A stretch of DNA of 64,000 nucleotides, from contig CM060731.1 in assembly GCA_030704615.1 (NCBI GenBank), forward strand, positions 56,358,001 to 56,422,000, written 5' to 3'. The notes under the pieces were generated by a model that saw only the letters and a list, made by a program, of their open reading frames with translations, did no database searches and was not told the DNA's origin. A program made the translations under genes and the position numbers. Source of the stretch: Takakia lepidozioides. Lineage: Eukaryota; Plantae; Bryophyta. Positions 60,250 through 64,000 of this stretch are shown here, piece by piece (the stretch's first letter is position 1; every line of letters starts with the position of its first letter).

Positions 60250-63200
60250 TAGGAGGGCACGGGCTGGGTCTCATGATTTTTGGACCTGCGGTGTGGGAGA
60301 TGTGGAATTTCAAGTACTTTGGGTAGCTGGAAAATTCTCAAATAATAGCTAAGTGAGAATTCCTGGGACAATGGTTGGAGCACGGTTTCTTTTAAGGAAT
60401 TTGGAAAACAGCACAAGTGGCTACAGAGTCTTACAAAAAATAACCAAAAATTCTGTTCATCCACATCTGTACTTTATCATCCATATTTGGCGAATTCATC
60501 TATAATTTATTTTTTATTTGGAGAAGTCTGGCGATTTCATCCATGAAAAAACAGGGAATTTGTGACAAAATATTCGATTTTAGTTTTTGAGGTCGCAATC
60601 TGGCGATAAATCGCCAATAAAAGAAACTCTGGGTTGGAGCCTCAAGAGGAGAGATATCAAGGGAAAAGTCTCCGGTTCAAATCTGGTCGTAGGCTCTCTG
60701 GGAAAAAAATGCATTTGGACTTAGATGACATTGGACCCTTGGGCCAAGGGCAGAGGCTACCCTAGAGGTCGCACTTGGGCCTCCACATAGGAGACGCACT
60801 TGCACACATAGGAGATTGCCTAGCTGACAGTGGACACTTGGGCCATGGGCACAGGCTACCCTGTAGGTATTCAAAATACACTGAAGGGACCATCAGCGAC
60901 AAGTGTTGGCTGACAATAATCCCTGGACATTAGAAGACACCAAAGTCTATGCTTCTTTGAGAAAGCGTCATCATCAAGTCTTTGGACCAAAGTCTGGTGT
61001 GGGTTGTGGGATTTGAAAGCATATAGGTAGTAGAAAGAACTTTTCCCACAATCCAAGATAGCCTACTCCACCTTGAAGCAAAAGCATTGTGCTCATGTGG
61101 CAGATAGGGGTGATGGGCAGGGGGCTTGGGAGATGGGGCACTTGGATTCTGCCACTCCATTGAGATTCTCAATGACGTCATCCAGGATACTGTGCTCCAA
61201 CAGCACAACACTGAAACATGCTGTTGATCTGTGGATGGCATTTGAATCAAGAGAATTGTGCTTGGTAGGATTCACAGAGAGTGGACAGGGGGCTTGGACA
61301 TGGGGCATTTGGCCTGGGTTCTGCCACTCTTAAGACGAAATTCTCCTGGGCGGTTCTCTCCCAACCTTAGCGAGCCATCCCCCAGGAAGCTGACTGAGAG
61401 CATAACCCCAAAAGAAGGCCAACTGCCATTGCCGCTAATTGTAGCACGACATATAGTGAATTGGATTGCCTGTAGGAGTTATCACGGTGGCCTACTGTTC
61501 TCCAACAGGGCAGGAAAGGTGCCCTTCTGTCCGATTTTCCAGCATAGAGTTGTTGGAATGAGGCCAGTAAGTAGGTTTTGGCTCAGTCACTCTTAATGTG
61601 CCTGCTTCCAGATGCACACTGTGATGTATGTTGAGATGGTGTTGCTTACGCAAACTGGCAATCTGGGGCTGCTCATACACACTGCACTTGCACTAGGCTT
61701 GGCATTATACTTTCGGCTTGTGACCGTTGCTGAACCCGTCATTGTGAGGTTGTTGCAATGTAGCTCCCCTTCTTACCACCCTTTACGGGGATTTGCTTTG
61801 TCCAAAGACAGAGGTATGTTGGGATGGATGGCAGGTTGTGGTAGCAAAGAAAGAGAGCATGGGGGGCCTACACGATAACTCATCATGACAGTGGCCATGC
61901 CTTGCTTTGCAGGGGTAGTCCACCATGGATGCCCTTCCATACACTATCAGGATCTGATGGTGGAATTGTAGACAAGGTTTATTGTTAATGGGAGAACTTT
62001 TCTTGACCCCCTGGATCTGAACTTGTCATGCTGGAGAGTCTGGCCAATTCCATTGTATAAGATCCCAAAATTGCACTGGACTGTAGTGCAGATCTGCAAC
62101 TTTCAGCTTTTGGAAATACTTAGTGGAAACCACAAAGAAGGGAAGGTTGCTTACAGAGAAGTGATACTTCTATCAGTTTTTGAGGACAATGCCGAACATG
62201 CTCATGTTGTTCGGTGTCGGTCTGCAAAAGAATGTGGGTCAAGTCTACTGTATAGGGAAATGTACTTCTGAAGACCAAGTTGTCCATGAACTACAAACCT
62301 GTGGATTTGGCTTATAGGTGCTTCCGAAAGGGGGTCCGCCAGACAATCAAAGCTCTATGAAGAAAGAGAGATTCCAGCCCCTGAAAGAACCAACACAACT
62401 AGTTAAAGAATAGTGACTTACAGTCAAACTTCCAGGAGATCAGTTCTATTAAATGATGTGCAGTGAACAGTAGAAGATGAGAGGAGTGATGGAAGCCCTA
62501 GCAGGTTCTACAAGGATTTTAAGCAGAGTCTTACACATCAGAAGCCTACACAACATGGACAGCTCAGTAAAGTTTGTAGTAGATGCCAGCCAAAAAGCCT
62601 CGGAAATCAGTATCAGGACTAAACCCCCGGAGGTATGACTAAACTCAGCTGGAGCCATCGCTAGAGCCTACTAACTATAAACAACCAGAGGATTCATCAC
62701 ATAGACACCGGTATGCAGCAACCAAAGATACAAGTTGTTCTACAGGATTGGAAGAATGAACGAGTAATGGAGTAACTGATGTTGTGAGGAAGCTGTCAAA
62801 TTTCAAGAGCACACTCAACTCACCTGAAAATCATGAAAGGTTACAAGGGAGGGAGGTTGAACAGCTTGAACATCCATAAAAATCTTCACCACCTGCTGCA
62901 TGGGTTGGCCTGAAAGGGTCTTCCACTATCATATGGAGGACTTTTAGCATCTTCAGCTTCCACGGACCATTGGAAAATTAGAATTGATCAAGTGCCTCTG
63001 GAGCCTTGCCCTTGGCTGTGTAATCACAATCAAAGGGGATAAAAGACAATTACTTTAATGAAGGGCTAAAAGATTTCCAAAGGGTCATAAATCTAGTTAC
63101 AGTATTCTGGAAAATTGTGGCAAAAGAGTTCGTAATCTACTTAAATAGAAACATCAACATATCTGGAGGTTTTGGCCTGATAAAGCCACTATAACTGGAT

Positions 63201-63380
63201 TTGCTGGACGGTATAACCCATTTATGCGAGTCAGATGTGCCCAGCCGGCACTCTCATGAAGCATCACAACAAGGCTTCCCTCTCTATGTATAAGGTTATT
63301 GCCCATGCTAAGATTTTGTGTCGACACGAGTATGAATCTTAAGAACATCAAGGGTGAAAGCCTTCCCTGCACACTGTGAT
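60250..63380 (-). mobile_element. Very degenerate LINE RT/C-terminal remnants
   Basis: SVQGRLSPLMF (a QG.PLSP-like motif) at ~63340-63375, with broken Trp-rich frames downstream. No long ORF. Confidence 0.35.
60381..60631. mobile_element. hAT-type MITE (251 bp)
   Basis: TIRs CACGGTTTCTTTT and (rc) CAGAGTTTCTTTT. 8-bp TSD GGTTGGAG at 60373-60380 and 60632-60639. Confidence 0.85.
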
Positions 63381-63449
63381 GCTGAAGAAACTCATTTATG
63401 AGAGGACTTCCACGTTATGACCCTTACAGTGACAAGCATGCAAGTACCA

Positions 63450-63810
63450 TAGCACAACACATTCAAACATCAAACTACAGCAAATGTATGCACCTTAATG
63501 TTCGCTCAATACGGCTGCACCCTTGCTCCTTTCAGCTACATTTGCTTGAATGTGTCCCTAGCAAGCTCCAGCATGGGTGTTCAGTAGCAGCACCTAAGTT
63601 GTAGCATGCTGTGGATCCAACTGGAGAAGGCGTTTGCCACGTGTTCTGCTAGCTCTACATTACCATGAATTCTGCAGGCACCAAGCAAGGCTCCCCACAA
63701 CCCAGAATCTGCTTGGATCGGCATTTCCTTAATGAAGGCATGTGCCTCATCCAACAACCCTGCACGGCCCATAAGATCCACCATGCAGCCAAAATGCCCC
63801 AACATAGGTG
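63450..63810 (-). pseudogene. PPR S2/E1/E+ fragment
   Basis: [54 protein letters not shown], and later KEQGCSRIE. Confidence 0.9.
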
Positions 63811-64000
63811 TGACTTTGCAGGAAGATTGGTGTGCTCTACAACCATGTCAGGGAAATCAATCACTATACCCCATATCCCCTCAAGGAGAAGGCAATATAC
63901 AATTACATTCGGGACTGAGGAGGAGGGTTCCCTTTTCTTGGGGTGGCCCAAGAAGTTGGCGCCAAAACTTGTGCCATGTAGGTGTCATGTAGGCAAATGA

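Overview
This is eukaryotic, intron-containing, TE-rich DNA from a land plant, probably a non-seed plant with many PLS-class PPR genes (inferred; the species cannot be determined from the sequence). There are two host genes, both on the minus strand: a multi-exon TRM/LONGIFOLIA-family gene (~20.8-32.1 kb) and a BRCA2-like BRC-repeat gene with no visible DNA-binding domain (~16.5-19.3 kb). The rest is decayed LINEs, a CACTA remnant, MITEs, and short PPR-DYW and eIF4A gene fragments. The standout is a complete 12,724-bp Mutator-like (MULE) DNA transposon at 45853-58576. It has short TIRs and a perfect 9-bp TSD (CGAGCAAAC) and sits inside a LINE ORF. It carries two divergent genes: a GCM-like-Zn/DDE/SWIM transposase, and a spliced gene with a ParB/Srx-like domain plus a beta-class N4C/N6A amino-DNA-methyltransferase-like domain. 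One motif (GGCGCCGAATTTC) is arrayed in three non-coding zones of the element. This suggests a transposon-encoded self-marking or anti-silencing system (inference). This copy is pseudogenised, with stop codons that all fit C>T/G>A transitions, plus a few frameshifts. All domain calls are by eye, without HMM or BLAST searches.
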